Assembly (NCBI GenBank): GCA_030141605.1
Contig: JAQGDQ010001987.1
Coordinates: 1 to 18,591, forward strand
DNA length: 18,591 bases
Direction of reading: 5' to 3'
Source of the DNA: Tubiluchus corallicola
Lineage: Eukaryota > Animalia > Priapulida
The notes under the pieces were generated by a model that did not search any database, was not told where the DNA came from, and saw only the letters and a list, made by a program, of their open reading frames with translations. Every line of letters starts with the position of its first letter. Position 1 is the stretch's first letter. This document shows, one piece after another, positions 1 through 11,134 of this stretch. The translations under genes and the position numbers were made by a program.

Positions 1-52
1 CAATCACGAAAAAGCATTCTGCAGTGAAGACAAACACAAACATTAAGACAAG

Positions 53-640
53 ATTTATTAACCGTCGCTCATTTAACAGACAACATTAGCACTAACAGCT
101 AAGTAACGACTTACAACAGTATAAGTAAGGACGCAATACACGAATAACGTGTAGAGTATATACCCTGCCGTTTACAATTGCTAGTATCGATATAATATAT
201 ACCTATATTATATTTGTTGTATTTAATATTTGTGTTGTATTGTATTATTGTATATAATAGTATTATATATTTATATTATTATGATAGTGGGTAGCGCAAT
301 AACATGAGATATGCGTTAAAATGTGACAAAAACAGAGACAGAGAAAATACTTATTTACCGCCACTCATTAGCACTGACCGCTATTTAGCGACTTACACAC
401 GAGTAACGTACAAGTAACAACTAGCAACAGACAAATAACTAATAACATGTAGAGTATATATCCTGGCTTTGGCAGTCTCGAACTCACGGCCGCGTGGTTG
501 CAGTCTAAAATCTAAACCACCAAAGGAAACGACGCAACGCACAAACAACTAATAACGTATAGAGTGTATGTCCTGGCGTTGGCAGCTGCTAGCATCGAAC
601 TCAAGACTGCTCGGTTGCAATCAGAAATCCGGAAGACTAG
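53..640 (-). repeat. Three degenerate tandem partial copies of the same SINE-like unit (about 53-175, 345-520, 525-640)
   Basis: AATAAC.TGTAGAGTATAT..CCTG.C.TT recurs at about 144, 441 and 551. TCGAACTC...GGTTGCA follows in the second and third copies. ATTAGCACT.AC.GCTA..TA.CGACTTACA is shared between about 84-114 and 368-397. Confidence 0.65.
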
Positions 641-645
641 CTTAA

Positions 646-1058
646 AGCACAAAAAACCTTCCACTTACATAAAGCTTAAAAAATTGGGCTCGAAATTTTA
701 TACCACTTACATACTACCCTTTCGTATGCATGGCTTGCATCGGCCGTAACGCTGTATAAAACGTGTAAATTCAAACTCCCGCGATCACCGTTAGGCGCAG
801 CCATTTTAATGGTAGGTCGTTCGAAACAAGTTTTGATAACATTAAGTAAAGTTTGAAAAATAATCAGAGCATTCGTAGCATACATGTTGCTAATTAAGTA
901 AAATTTTAAATTACTGCATCTTGTCAATAAGATTAAAAATACGTTTTTGGCTAGTGAGTGGCGCACCCTGGTGGGTGAGTCAACGATATTTTACCGATTG
1001 GCACAAATATTTTAAATTATTAGTTTAGTTGCATAAGTTTTTCCAGTAGGTAAGTGAA
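646..1058 (+). mobile_element. Kolobok/T2-type MITE family A, right-truncated copy
   Basis: Starts TTAA|AGCACAAAAAACC and aligns continuously with 15140-15549. Similarity stops after GGTAAGTGAA. Confidence 0.8.
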
Positions 1059-1064
1059 GCAATA

Positions 1065-1198
1065 CAGGTAAGAACGCAACACCCAAATAACGAATAACAA
1101 GTAGGGTACATGCCTTGGCGTTTGACAGCCCTGGCTGGTCTCGAACTCTAGACCTCATGGTTGCAATTCAAAATCTTAACCACTCGGTCACAGAACTC
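1065..1198 (-). mobile_element. tRNA-derived SINE, best-preserved local copy (tRNA-Cys-like head)
   Basis: Minus strand reads GAGTTCTG-TGACCGAGTGG (A box, 1190-1180)-TTAAGATTTTGAATTGCAACCATGAGGTCTA-GAGTTCGAGACC (B box, 1148-1137). TTGCAA sits at the anticodon-loop position. The head is followed by a non-tRNA body shared with three nearby copies. It does not fold into a good cloverleaf. Confidence 0.65.
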
Positions 1199-1247
1199 AG
1201 TACAAGGACATTGTAGCTCTAACTCTTTCTTACTAGTAATTTTTGTG

Positions 1248-1601
1248 TTACACAATATGCAAGAAAAATGAATAATACAACCGTTCTTCTAGCTCTAGCT
1301 TCCCGTGATATAGTCCATTGAGCACAACTTCCAATGCTTCAGAACTTACTCCACTGAGATTAAGCGCTACTGAATCGTACAACTTGAAGTCGCTGTTTGT
1401 AAACAGATTTTTAAAGTAATCACTATAGGATGCCAGCAGGAGTCGATGAGCTGGATACGTCTTTCCGTCCATCTCCAACACAACGTCACACATGGATTTC
1501 TCTTTCCAAAGATCACTAATCCCGCGAAAAATGATCTGCTCGCTTTCTTTTACCTCCATTCCAACCTTTGGTTCCTCTTCCTTTCTCTCTTCAACGTCCA
1601 T
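1248..1601 (-). CDS. BTB/POZ-domain coding exon (Kelch-like/KBTBD-type N-terminus); the true exon probably ends near 1282
   Basis: Translation has the BTB signature ISDLWKEKSMCDVVLEMDGKTYPAHRLLLASYSDYFKNLFT...LSGVSSEALEVVLNGLYHGKLEL. The last BTB helix is missing and the tail LYYSFFLHIV looks like intron read-through. The Kelch-like assignment is inferred from the BTB style only; no BACK or Kelch exons are visible. Confidence 0.9.
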   Translation of the reverse strand: MDVEERKEEEPKVGMEVKESEQIIFRGISDLWKEKSMCDVVLEMDGKTYPAHRLLLASYSDYFKNLFTNSDFKLYDSVALNLSGVSSEALEVVLNGLYHGKLELEERLYYSFFLHIV

Positions 1602-1639
1602 TGTAGGTATTAGATGAATTCGTTTAAAGATACCACCAC

Positions 1640-1681
1640 CTTTAGCAAATAAAAACGATCGAAATTAAGTTGTTGTTAGTA
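1640..1681 (-). promoter_or_regulatory. Branch point and 3' splice acceptor 38 nt upstream of the BTB ATG
   Basis: Minus strand: TACTAAC (1681-1675), then ...TTTTTATTTGCTAAAG| with the AG ending at 1640. Confidence 0.6.
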
Positions 1682-1762
1682 AAATACAACATTCAGTTTA
1701 ATGATTCCTGGTAAACTGATACCGTTATGAAATTTATTTTAATTCAATTGTGCAAGAATTTC

Positions 1763-2326
1763 TCAGAGCAACAACAGATATACTGTATTTCTGTCTTTTA
1801 ATAAATTCCTGTAATATTGGGCGTAGTTACTTTGTTGACTTCGCACTATTGCCATTTTTCGTAAAGAATTTTCGACCCTCACGGCTCTTGAGGCTATTCT
1901 GTCAGCTGTACTACTAGTTTTTAGCAAGTCCTTTGGTCCCAGAATTTTATCAACAGCAACTACAGGTCTGTTTGACAGTGGCCCAAAAGCTTTTGCAGGA
2001 GGAGGTAATGTTTTGGTCACCAGCTTAGGAAGAAAACTGTTCGATTTTTTTACTGTTCTAGGCGCAGCTCTGTAGGCGCCAATGTGAGTTGATGTTGCTG
2101 ATCGAACTGGTGGCAATGATGAATTATTGTCAGTTGAAACTGCGCAGTTTTTATTTGTGTTCCTTTCAGATCTCAGCGTTTGTAGATCTCTGGCCTTCAA
2201 CTTGATCTGTGTCGACGGTTTTGACGAAGCCGACGCTTGACAGGAACTTGATGCAGCGTGTTTTGCCGACTTGGAGTAACTTCCGGTCAATACAGATGGT
2301 CCACGTTCTGACATTCTCTGCTTCAT
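1763..2326 (-). CDS. Unknown 187-aa Ser/Lys/Ala-rich basic, probably disordered protein (or a large upstream exon of the BTB gene)
   Basis: Longest non-repetitive ORF in the window, GC-richer than its flanks, with protein-like composition. AATAAA lies about 25 nt past the stop (1738-1733). No domain recognised. Confidence 0.55.
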   Translation of the reverse strand: MKQRMSERGPSVLTGSYSKSAKHAASSSCQASASSKPSTQIKLKARDLQTLRSERNTNKNCAVSTDNNSSLPPVRSATSTHIGAYRAAPRTVKKSNSFLPKLVTKTLPPPAKAFGPLSNRPVVAVDKILGPKDLLKTSSTADRIASRAVRVENSLRKMAIVRSQQSNYAQYYRNLLKDRNTVYLLLL

Positions 2327-2432
2327 TCTTGCAGGTTATGTTCTCCTTAACAATTCACAACCAAAACTTTCAGATCCATCAGCCATATCAGTTTTGGCAC
2401 TTTGCGGATGTCTTGCCAACTGACTTGGCTCT

Positions 2433-2529
2433 TGACGTATGACGCCAGAAACTAAATTTCAAGATTCTTTCTGAGAAACTAAGAAACCAGTGACGCAAGT
2501 TTTTAACCTGTGACGCAATCAAGATGGCG
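2433..2529. promoter_or_regulatory. Candidate promoter: paired CRE/ATF-like sites plus YY1 motif
   Basis: TGACGCAA at 2491-2498 and 2511-2518 (20 bp apart), more TGACG half-sites at about 2433 and 2440, and CAAGATGGCG at 2520-2529. It lies just upstream of the minus-strand ORF. Confidence 0.45.
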
Positions 2530-2641
2530 TGTTTGCTTGGGCGTTACGTTACTGCGAAGTTTCCTGAAAGAAACCACTGAAACTTTGACATTCGGATACG
2601 TATACCCTTGTGATTCTGACAAGAGTAAGATGAATGATTAA

Positions 2642-2886
2642 AGGAGAAGAAAAGGCAATTTTAAAGCATAACTCGAAAATGTTTTCATACTAAGTTATAT
2701 TACCTAGCAAAACGCTTACCTGCTTGAAAGGCTTACGTAACTAGAAAAGAAAATTCTAGGTAATTTAAAATGTTTTTTTCAAACTGGTAAAATGTCACTG
2801 ACTCACCTAGTATGTACTATTGACTCACCTAAAGCGTATTATTAATCTTAGTGGTAATATAAGGTAACTTTGTTTTCCTTAGTTAG
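2642..2886 (-). mobile_element. Kolobok/T2-type MITE family A, diverged partial copy with internal deletion
   Basis: TTAA|AGGAGAAGAAAAGG matches the reverse complement of the 15810 terminus (TTAA|AGGACAAGAAAAGG). 2715-2886 matches the reverse complement of about 15545-15380 (CTTACCTGCT.GAAAG.CTTA.GTAACTAGA...TGGTAAAATGTC.CTGACTCACC). Confidence 0.75.
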
Positions 2887-2892
2887 TGAAGA

Positions 2893-2914
2893 ATATATAT
2901 ATATATATATATAT
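2893..2914. repeat. (AT)n microsatellite
   Basis: About 11 AT units. On the minus strand it is preceded by AATAAA, so it may be the tail of a retroposon. Confidence 0.9.
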
Positions 2915-3379
2915 GTATACATATTAATTCTTTATTTGTCATTAAAATGGTTCACTCATTATAATAAAATTGAGTAAGCCTCAGCGTAATGTTAAAATAA
3001 CCACACTGTTCAAGACAAATGCGTCCAGTGCGTACTAAAAAAAAACTGAAGTACAAAACTATATACAATAATTTGAATATACAACACCATATTAAAATAT
3101 TTTTACAAAACAATATTACAAAAGTACATTAAATTTTACATGACATATTTTACACTATATATACATTTGACATGACACAATTAACAGAAACATGCTTTAC
3201 ATTACATAAATTTCAGTCATTACATTTACACTATTTATGCATTTGACATTACAAAACTAACATAACACATATTACATTACATAATTCTTTTAAAAATTAT
3301 CATTAATTATTCATGAAATATTCATTTCATAATAGAAGCTTTCGAATGCTCTGTTTACTTTGTCAAACTCTACGCTAAT

Positions 3380-4552
<1,173 letters not shown>

Positions 4553-4553
<1 letters not shown>

Positions 4554-5136
4554 TATACTACCGTCCTATAAAAAGTATACATTTTTACACCAATAATACT
4601 ATAAAAGCGTTTCTATTAATTAAATAATAGATTAGAAACTTATTTAACGGCGGACGAGCCCAGCTATTAATGACATCACAAACGAACATAATTTTCAACA
4701 TCAAAAATATTCCACGAGAGTGTTGCACGTGTTTACAAAAGCGAAAATTAAAGTACAGTGCTACTCTAAGATATTCAGTGTGTTGTACTAAAACTAGGCA
4801 AGTTTTAAGATAAAAATTCAAATTTCACATTTACTGCTGTGCTCACGCATGAGCTGTCGAACGTGTGCAGTTCACCACAAACTAACACATCTGAACTGAG
4901 ACTCTGAGAAGTACAGCAACTGCTGTTTGTGCAATGCGTTTCCGAAATGCAGGCGCTAGTGCCCGTCTTATCAGCGAATAACAAAATGCATGTAACAGCG
5001 AAGAACTAGAGGCGCGAATGTGAAATTGTGTTTGTGTGCTAATAATTATTTCACGTAATGCATTCTAGAAAAAATAGAATCTTCCCTTTCAGAGTAGATT
5101 GCTTTGAGCTATAGCTTAGCAATGGATCCGGTTTGG
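4553..5136 (+). mobile_element. Dispersed repeat family B (probably Kolobok/T2-type), left copy
   Basis: Aligns over about 580 bp, with many substitutions and indels, to the reverse complement of 6807-7380 (e.g. CTGTGCTCACGCATGAGCTGT, TTTCCGAAATGCAGG, TGTAACAGCGAAGAACTAG). The ORF-track peptides 4585-4821(-) and 7191-7421(+) share VCDVINSWARPPL. Confidence 0.8.
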
Positions 5137-5754
5137 TATCAAATTTTTCTGACGACATCTACCGATATTCGTTTGTTGTTCAATAACACCGACAGGTTTA
5201 TTTACCAAAAAGTCAGCAGCAGTTTAAAGTAGAGTAAAGTAATAATTTGAAGTCAACTAGATAAGAACGATCTTAAATTCGCATTAAGATGTACATACAT
5301 TACCAAAGTCAAACTTTACACCATTTAGCTTACTGTACGCTGCAGTATTTACCAAAGCCAATGTCCGTTTTATGAAACTTCTTATTGCAAGGCGGCATTT
5401 ACTTGACAAGTACATGCAAACACGAACACAGGGAAACCACAAAACACGGAACTCACACTCCTTGTCAAATCTTTACGCTTGTACAATACATCTTGCATAA
5501 CTCGTATATAAGTATATAAGTATTACATCTTGAAAATCAATTGTATAAACTCTGCTGTTTTATATGATTTACTATTTTTGAAAAAAAACGGAAAGGTTCA
5601 ATTTTTATTTTCGAAATCTTGGTCTGTTTAAAAGTTAGTTTTTTAACCTTTATGTTATTTTTATTTATTTATTTATTTTTATTTTTTTATGTTCGAGTTT
5701 ATAGATAATGTTTGCGATATGGTACTAAAGGCACAGGTATAAAATGAGTTGACC

Positions 5755-5770
5755 ATGATGATGATGATGG

Positions 5771-5801
<31 letters not shown>

Positions 5802-5971
5802 AATAATGGTAATGATGGTGATGATGATGCCGACGACGACGACGATGATGATGATGATAATGTTAATAACGTGATGATAATGGTGACGTTGGTGACATTG
5901 ACTTTGATGATGATGACGACGACGATGATTATGATGATGATGACGACCACGATGATGCTGATGATGATGAT
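5755..5971. repeat. Degenerate (GAT)n trinucleotide tract
   Basis: GAT units with GAC, GGT and AAT variants. Explains the His/Ile/Ser-run ORFs. Confidence 0.95.
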
Positions 5972-6136
5972 ACATAGTTGACAAATATTTAGTGTAATTA
6001 TTTTAGGCAAAAAACTGCAGTTATTTGGATTACATACATAAAAGCCTCACTGTATGTATTCAATATTCTAATCTATGTTACCATTTCAGCGTAGTGCATT
6101 TTTGAATTCAATTTATTTTGCTGACTAAGTCGTAGC

Positions 6137-6185
6137 CGTCGTCGTCGTTGTCGTCGATAATCATCATCATCACCATCATCATCAC

Positions 6186-6216
<31 letters not shown>
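6137..6216. repeat. (GTC)n followed by (CAT)n microsatellite
   Basis: Read directly. Confidence 0.95.
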
Positions 6217-6217
<1 letters not shown>

Positions 6218-6806
6218 CAATGAGCGTCTTACACATTCAAATCGTTTGATAAATATCCAAAGAAAATAGACATTCACTTATTAAAATATAAATTTACGAA
6301 ATTTAAAACTCTGGTTACAGTTTACATCTTGTTCTAAGTTTCAGCATTGTGATCGAGAGAATAAAGACAAAAAGTAATTATAATTTGACTTTAATCTTGC
6401 ACCGCACGTGACATTCATTTACACAAAGATTTCTCTGTGAATGTGGCTCAATAAGCTATTGTCCTACTGCAATTTGTTTTTAAGTATTTAACCATCATTC
6501 ATAAGCATCCAATTGTGCTGATACCTTAATTGTGAGAAGTAACCGCTGTGCCGCTCTGTATTTGTGTCACTTGTGGTAGAAAAACTGACTGCAAAGATTC
6601 AATGACAACGCAGGAATAATCAATCCATCGTGTTTTAAAAAACTTCAAATTTGGAACTTATTTATACAAAATGAGTTTGATAAGAATCTAATTAACATCG
6701 CTGCAAGAACTTTTCTTAATTAAACTTTCCCTTGGGAAAGTGTTTACTGGCAATATATAATAGTCTCTCCATCTTTCTCAACTATGTAGCATCTAGTATT
6801 TAAAGC

Positions 6807-7392
6807 AAAACCGGACCGGATCCTAAACTGTAGGTAAAAATAATCTATTCTTGAAAATATTAAAAGGGTACATACTATTTTTAAAGAATGACTTATGTGA
6901 AAGAATTATTACCACACAAATGTAATTTCATGTTCCCTAGAATTTTATTAGGCTAGTTCTTCGCTGTTACAATCCTGCATTTCGGAAAGGGGTAGCACAG
7001 AAATCAGGTGCTGTACCTCTCAGTTCTGATGTGCTAGTTTGTGACGAACTACACATGTTCAACAGCTCATGCGTGAGCACAGTGGTAAATTTGAAATTTG
7101 AATTTTTATTTTAAAACTTGCCTAATTTTAGCACAACACGCTGAATAGCTTACAGTAGCATTAAACTTCAATTTTCGCTTTCGCAAACACGTGCAATACG
7201 CTAGCGGAATATTTTTGCTGTTGAAAATTATGTTAGTTTGTGATGTCATCAATAGTTGGGCTCGCCCGCCGTTAATTAAGTTTTTAAACTATTACTTAAC
7301 CATCAGAAACGCTTTTGCAGTATTAGTTGTGTTAAAGTTGTGTATACTTTTTATCGGACTTGAAAATGGGGTAGTATATGAAAAATCATCCT
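6807..7392 (-). mobile_element. Dispersed repeat family B, right (inverted) copy including the terminus
   Basis: Inverted homolog of 4553-5136. Its last 36 bp (7357-7392) are identical to 15087-15122, where the sequence ends CCT|TTAA. Confidence 0.8.
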
Positions 7393-7699
7393 GTCTTTCT
7401 TTCAGGTCAGTGTTTCTATAAACAAAAAATAAAATATCAAATATATTGTAGATGAGATAATACTGCAGCAGTTGCAGTTGCAAATATTTCAGCTAATAAA
7501 TGTTATATTTATTCCACTAGAAATCTCATTTCGGTCAAGTTTCACCTGCGGTACGTGGCTTTCAGCCTATCTACGATTCTTTCTTTAAAGGAAAACACCT
7601 TTTATATCTTTGTTCTACGAAAATTATATTTCTTGTTTTTTATTTGATTTCTATGGAGGTTTCTGTAATACAATGTGTGGTGTTCTGTTCTCTTCTGTT

Positions 7700-8060
7700 T
7701 TAATTTAATTTAATTTAATTTAGTTTAGTTTAGTTTAGTTTAGTTTAGTTTAGTTTAGTTTAGTGTAGTGTAGTGTAGTGTAGTGTAGTGTAGTGTAGTG
7801 TAGTGTAGTGTAGTGTAGTGTAGTGTAGTGTAGTGTAGTGTTGTTTTGTTTTGTTTTGTTTTGTTTTGTTTTGTTTTGTTTTGTTTTGTTTTGTTTTGTT
7901 TTGTTTTGTTTTGTTTTGTTTTGTTTTGTTTTGTTTTGTTTTGTTTTGTTTTGTTTCATTTTGTTTCATTTCGTTTCATTTCATTTCATTTCATTTCATT
8001 TCATTTCATTTCATTTCATTTCATTTCATTTCATTTCATTTCATTTCATTTTATTTTATT

Positions 8061-8091
<31 letters not shown>

Positions 8092-8232
8092 TATTTTATT
8101 TTATTTTATTTTATTTTATTTTATTTTATTTTATTTTATTTTATTTTATTTTATTTTATTTTATTTTATTTTATTTTATTTTATTTTATTTTATTTTATT
8201 TTATTTTATTTTATTTTATTTTATTTTATTTT
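7700..8232. repeat. Compound pentanucleotide microsatellite
   Basis: (TTAAT)4 (TTAGT)9 (GTAGT)15 GTTGT (TTTGT)22, a short mixed zone, (TTCAT)15, then about 35 TTTAT. Confidence 0.98.
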
Positions 8233-8975
8233 TTTTATTTACATTTAATCATAATCATTCTCTTTGGGAAAGTTAATCTACATACAATCAACTTGAAAAG
8301 GCAAATTGGTCATTTGCCATTTTGTCATTAGTTTGCTCTCTGCTCTGCTCTGCTGGATGTCATTTTGACAGACTATCGTCAGCAACACGACTAAATAATT
8401 GACTAAATGACACTGTCATTTCCACAGCCTGCTCTTCCACATCCACAGATGAATAGTTTTCTGATTTTCGGGGGCTAGAACATCGCTTGCACATCTCGCA
8501 AGGAAAAAACAGCGACCATTTCAGAGGAAATGACAGTTCTGTCGTACAAGCCACTCAGCGCACATTTCAAATATTGAAGCAGAAATTATATAGTTGACCA
8601 TCAATGCATCCATCTTGTTGTCACAGCTGATACTTGCTAAACAAAACAAGCGTTTGCAGGAGATTGTGTTGCTCTGGCGTCCGTGAGAGTTCATTGTTCA
8701 TGTGAATGCAAATTGTTGTCTAACTCCTAGTTTTCAGTATGTAATTTTGTACAGATGGCTGCATCATTACATATTGATGCTGCGTTGGTTGTTATAAATA
8801 ATGAACTATTGACATCGGATGTTGATGAATAATGTTGAAGCATATCCATCTGCGATGTTGGTATGTAACTATGACAACAGGGTCTCGCGAATACTGAGAA
8901 AACGCGTAGACAGTCAAAATGCCACCAAAACAACGTCAAAGATGCTGATAAACTTTTTGGTTGTTCGAAGCAACC

Positions 8976-9120
8976 GATTACCTTGTCTAGATCCGCCCCA
9001 TGCACAGGTCGACGCACCTGTTTAACGCTTCATCCCGCGGCTGATTTGCTTAGTAGCGGTTTCTACGGCACACCTGTACGCATGCGCAGTTTGGAGTGGC
9101 AGTCAATCGAACGGTAATGG
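8976..9120. promoter_or_regulatory. Candidate (bidirectional) promoter with NRF1-like site
   Basis: TACGCATGCGCA at 9077-9088 (11/12 match to the NRF1 palindrome), CCGCCC GC box at about 8993 and local CpG enrichment. Outward-facing donor-like sites: AAG|GTAATC (minus, 8982/8981) and ACG|GTAATG (plus, 9113/9114). Confidence 0.35.
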
Positions 9121-9636
9121 TTATTACTGAGTGCTTCATCGTGTACGGAATAGTTTCAATGCTTTTAACGCGCACGCATGACAAGGATTATAGTGCTGAA
9201 AATTTCAACGAATTCCTGGAAATAAATATGTAAATCTACAGCTAGGTGTAGCAAGACAACGAGTATCAGCAGATAATTTGTAAAATCAGTTCTAGTAAGA
9301 CAAACGCAGAGAAAGCTGTAATTTCGTGAAGACGCCTTGCCAGTGAGGACACGGTAATCAGTCCAGATTACATGAATTGATTGAATCCGTTTGCTTTTAG
9401 AAGATGCGTCTGATGGTTCTGTCAGCAGCCATTCCGTGGAGTAACGATTGATAAGTCGAGTCGACCCTTCAGTTGGTATGTTTGACTGAATGTTCTTTTA
9501 GCAGGGTAGTTTAAACTTTCTCCTCACTGCCTGATTTAGGAGCGTGAGAAAAAGAGGCAGTTGTACGTAGTGTAGACTTTTGTAGTGTGAAACGTTAATT
9601 GGTCTCATTAAGCTCTAACGTTACATTAGCCTATAC

Positions 9637-9705
9637 TGGGGGTGAGCATCGAACGTTCGAGCATCGAATTCGGATCGAACCTACAATTATGAATTCGAAT
9701 AATTC
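9637..9705 (+). mobile_element. Possible hAT-like MITE left terminus
   Basis: TGGGGGTGAGCATCGAACGTTCGAGCATCGAATTCGGATCGAAC...ATTCGAAT: clustered TCGAA/TTCGA sub-terminal repeats of the kind seen at non-autonomous hAT ends. No convincing partner end or TSD. Confidence 0.3.
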
Positions 9706-10320
9706 ATCACTGCAACTGCATACGTTATTTACAATTTAAACGTTCGAAGATTCATGCGATCAGCGCTGTTAAGCTGTGATTTCTGTGCACAATTTTTAAA
9801 CAGTTTATTGGTGTTTTTACTGCAGAACAAAATCAAGTAATATGCGTGATCTTTGTGAGGCTGCTTTTTAATAGTAGATTTTACTTTGTTGCTTTTTCTT
9901 ATTTTTGAACGTTGCCGTTGCGTTTACCGTTTGAACGTAAACCAGTTCTTCTCAGAATAAATTAAGGTCCAACAAATTAGATGCCGATTTTCAATTTGCA
10001 TTACAAAAATTGGACGAAAAGTTGTCACAAAATGTTTTGTAAACATAAACGTGTCTGAACATGTTTAAGTGCCCAAGCAAACGGCCTTGACTTCTGTTGT
10101 TGTTTAATCAGAACTGTAAAATGAACAGTTGGGCAGCCACAAATTAATTAACATTGGTGATTAATGAACAGGTAACATTACACCTGACACGCAAATTAGG
10201 CGCGTTCATGAATTATGCAAATGTTCTTACTTTCCCGTGACCTTTGTTAAACAGCGTGCTGTAGAACGCGTGCAATTCAGGTGACGTCTGTATAAGCGTG
10301 CACACGAGTTCACGCACCGT

Positions 10321-10348
10321 ACGCACGCACGCACGCACGCACGCACGC
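10321..10348. repeat. (ACGC)n tetranucleotide microsatellite
   Basis: About 7 units, read directly. Confidence 0.9.
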
Positions 10349-11134
10349 GCGAACGCAAAGGTATTCTGCATGTTCCTCTGTTATAAATTCAGAATTTACG
10401 TTGATCTGCGTATTTTTCGATTATTACATTGAAAAGTGCTGCCTTCTAAAATTTCTCTAATTAACTTTTAATTAAAACGTACTTTTAATAATTCGTTCAA
10501 ATTGCTAAAAAGACACTATTATGTATTTTTAAACTATGCTGTAATTAAATTTAACGAGGCATTACTTGTACGCGTAATTACGAATTTAGTAGTATATTAC
10601 AACAATCATAATTGTATCATGCATAGCAGCATGAATAATCATAATTATTTTCTATTTCTGCATGACTTTAATTCATTACAAACTGATTGCTTGATACACC
10701 GGATTCTAATGAAATCTCAGCTTGGTATAATAAAGACATACAGCATTAAATTCTGTATGGCTGGGTCAGCTCCATCTAGTTTGACGGCCTAGGCAAAAGT
10801 ATTTTATCGCCCCCATCTTGGACGGTCGCCTCCTTACCCCACGATCCCCATTCACCCCCAAAATTCAATTTTCGTGATACATAATATACGTGCTGCGTGC
10901 TAATCATCTATTTACAGCTTGTGTTGATTGAATATGAAATTGAATTTATGATCCCATTGTCCCGGGTCTTTACCTGCAATTAAAATTTCTGCCTTGCAAT
11001 CTTCATTAACATACGTTAGAATTTTCCTCAGCATTTTCATCAGAAGTTTTTTTAACACCTAGCTCCTCTTTTTTCACGTGAAACCATTTCACTTGATTCA
11101 TTATTTTCACTACCATAACTTCTGGTTACAACTA

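Noticed and set aside
676-966. Short ORFs within MITE copies (also 4585-4821, 7191-7421, 15553-15771)
   Set aside because: They lie inside non-autonomous repeats, show no transposase motifs, and their extents differ between copies.
1125-1198. Functional tRNA-Cys gene
   Set aside because: A and B boxes are present, but the acceptor and anticodon stems do not pair well and the head is attached to a repeated body. A SINE is the better explanation.
646-2886. Composite transposon of family-A copies capturing the BTB and orphan ORFs
   Set aside because: The terminus at 2642 opens rightwards (TTAA|AGG), so the two ends do not enclose the genes.
5679-6010. His-rich, poly-Ile and poly-Ser ORFs
   Set aside because: Translations of the (GAT)n tract.
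5755-6216. Hairpin between the (GAT)n and (CAT)n tracts
   Set aside because: Complementarity is limited to simple repeats that are abundant in this window; chance proximity suffices.
7750-8331. Phe/Ile/Leu-rich and KQNKT-repeat ORFs
   Set aside because: Translations of the pentamer microsatellite.
9637-10860. TIR pair TGGGGGTGA / TCACCCCCA defining a 1.2-kb element
   Set aside because: Only 9 bp match cleanly and the flanks show no TSD.
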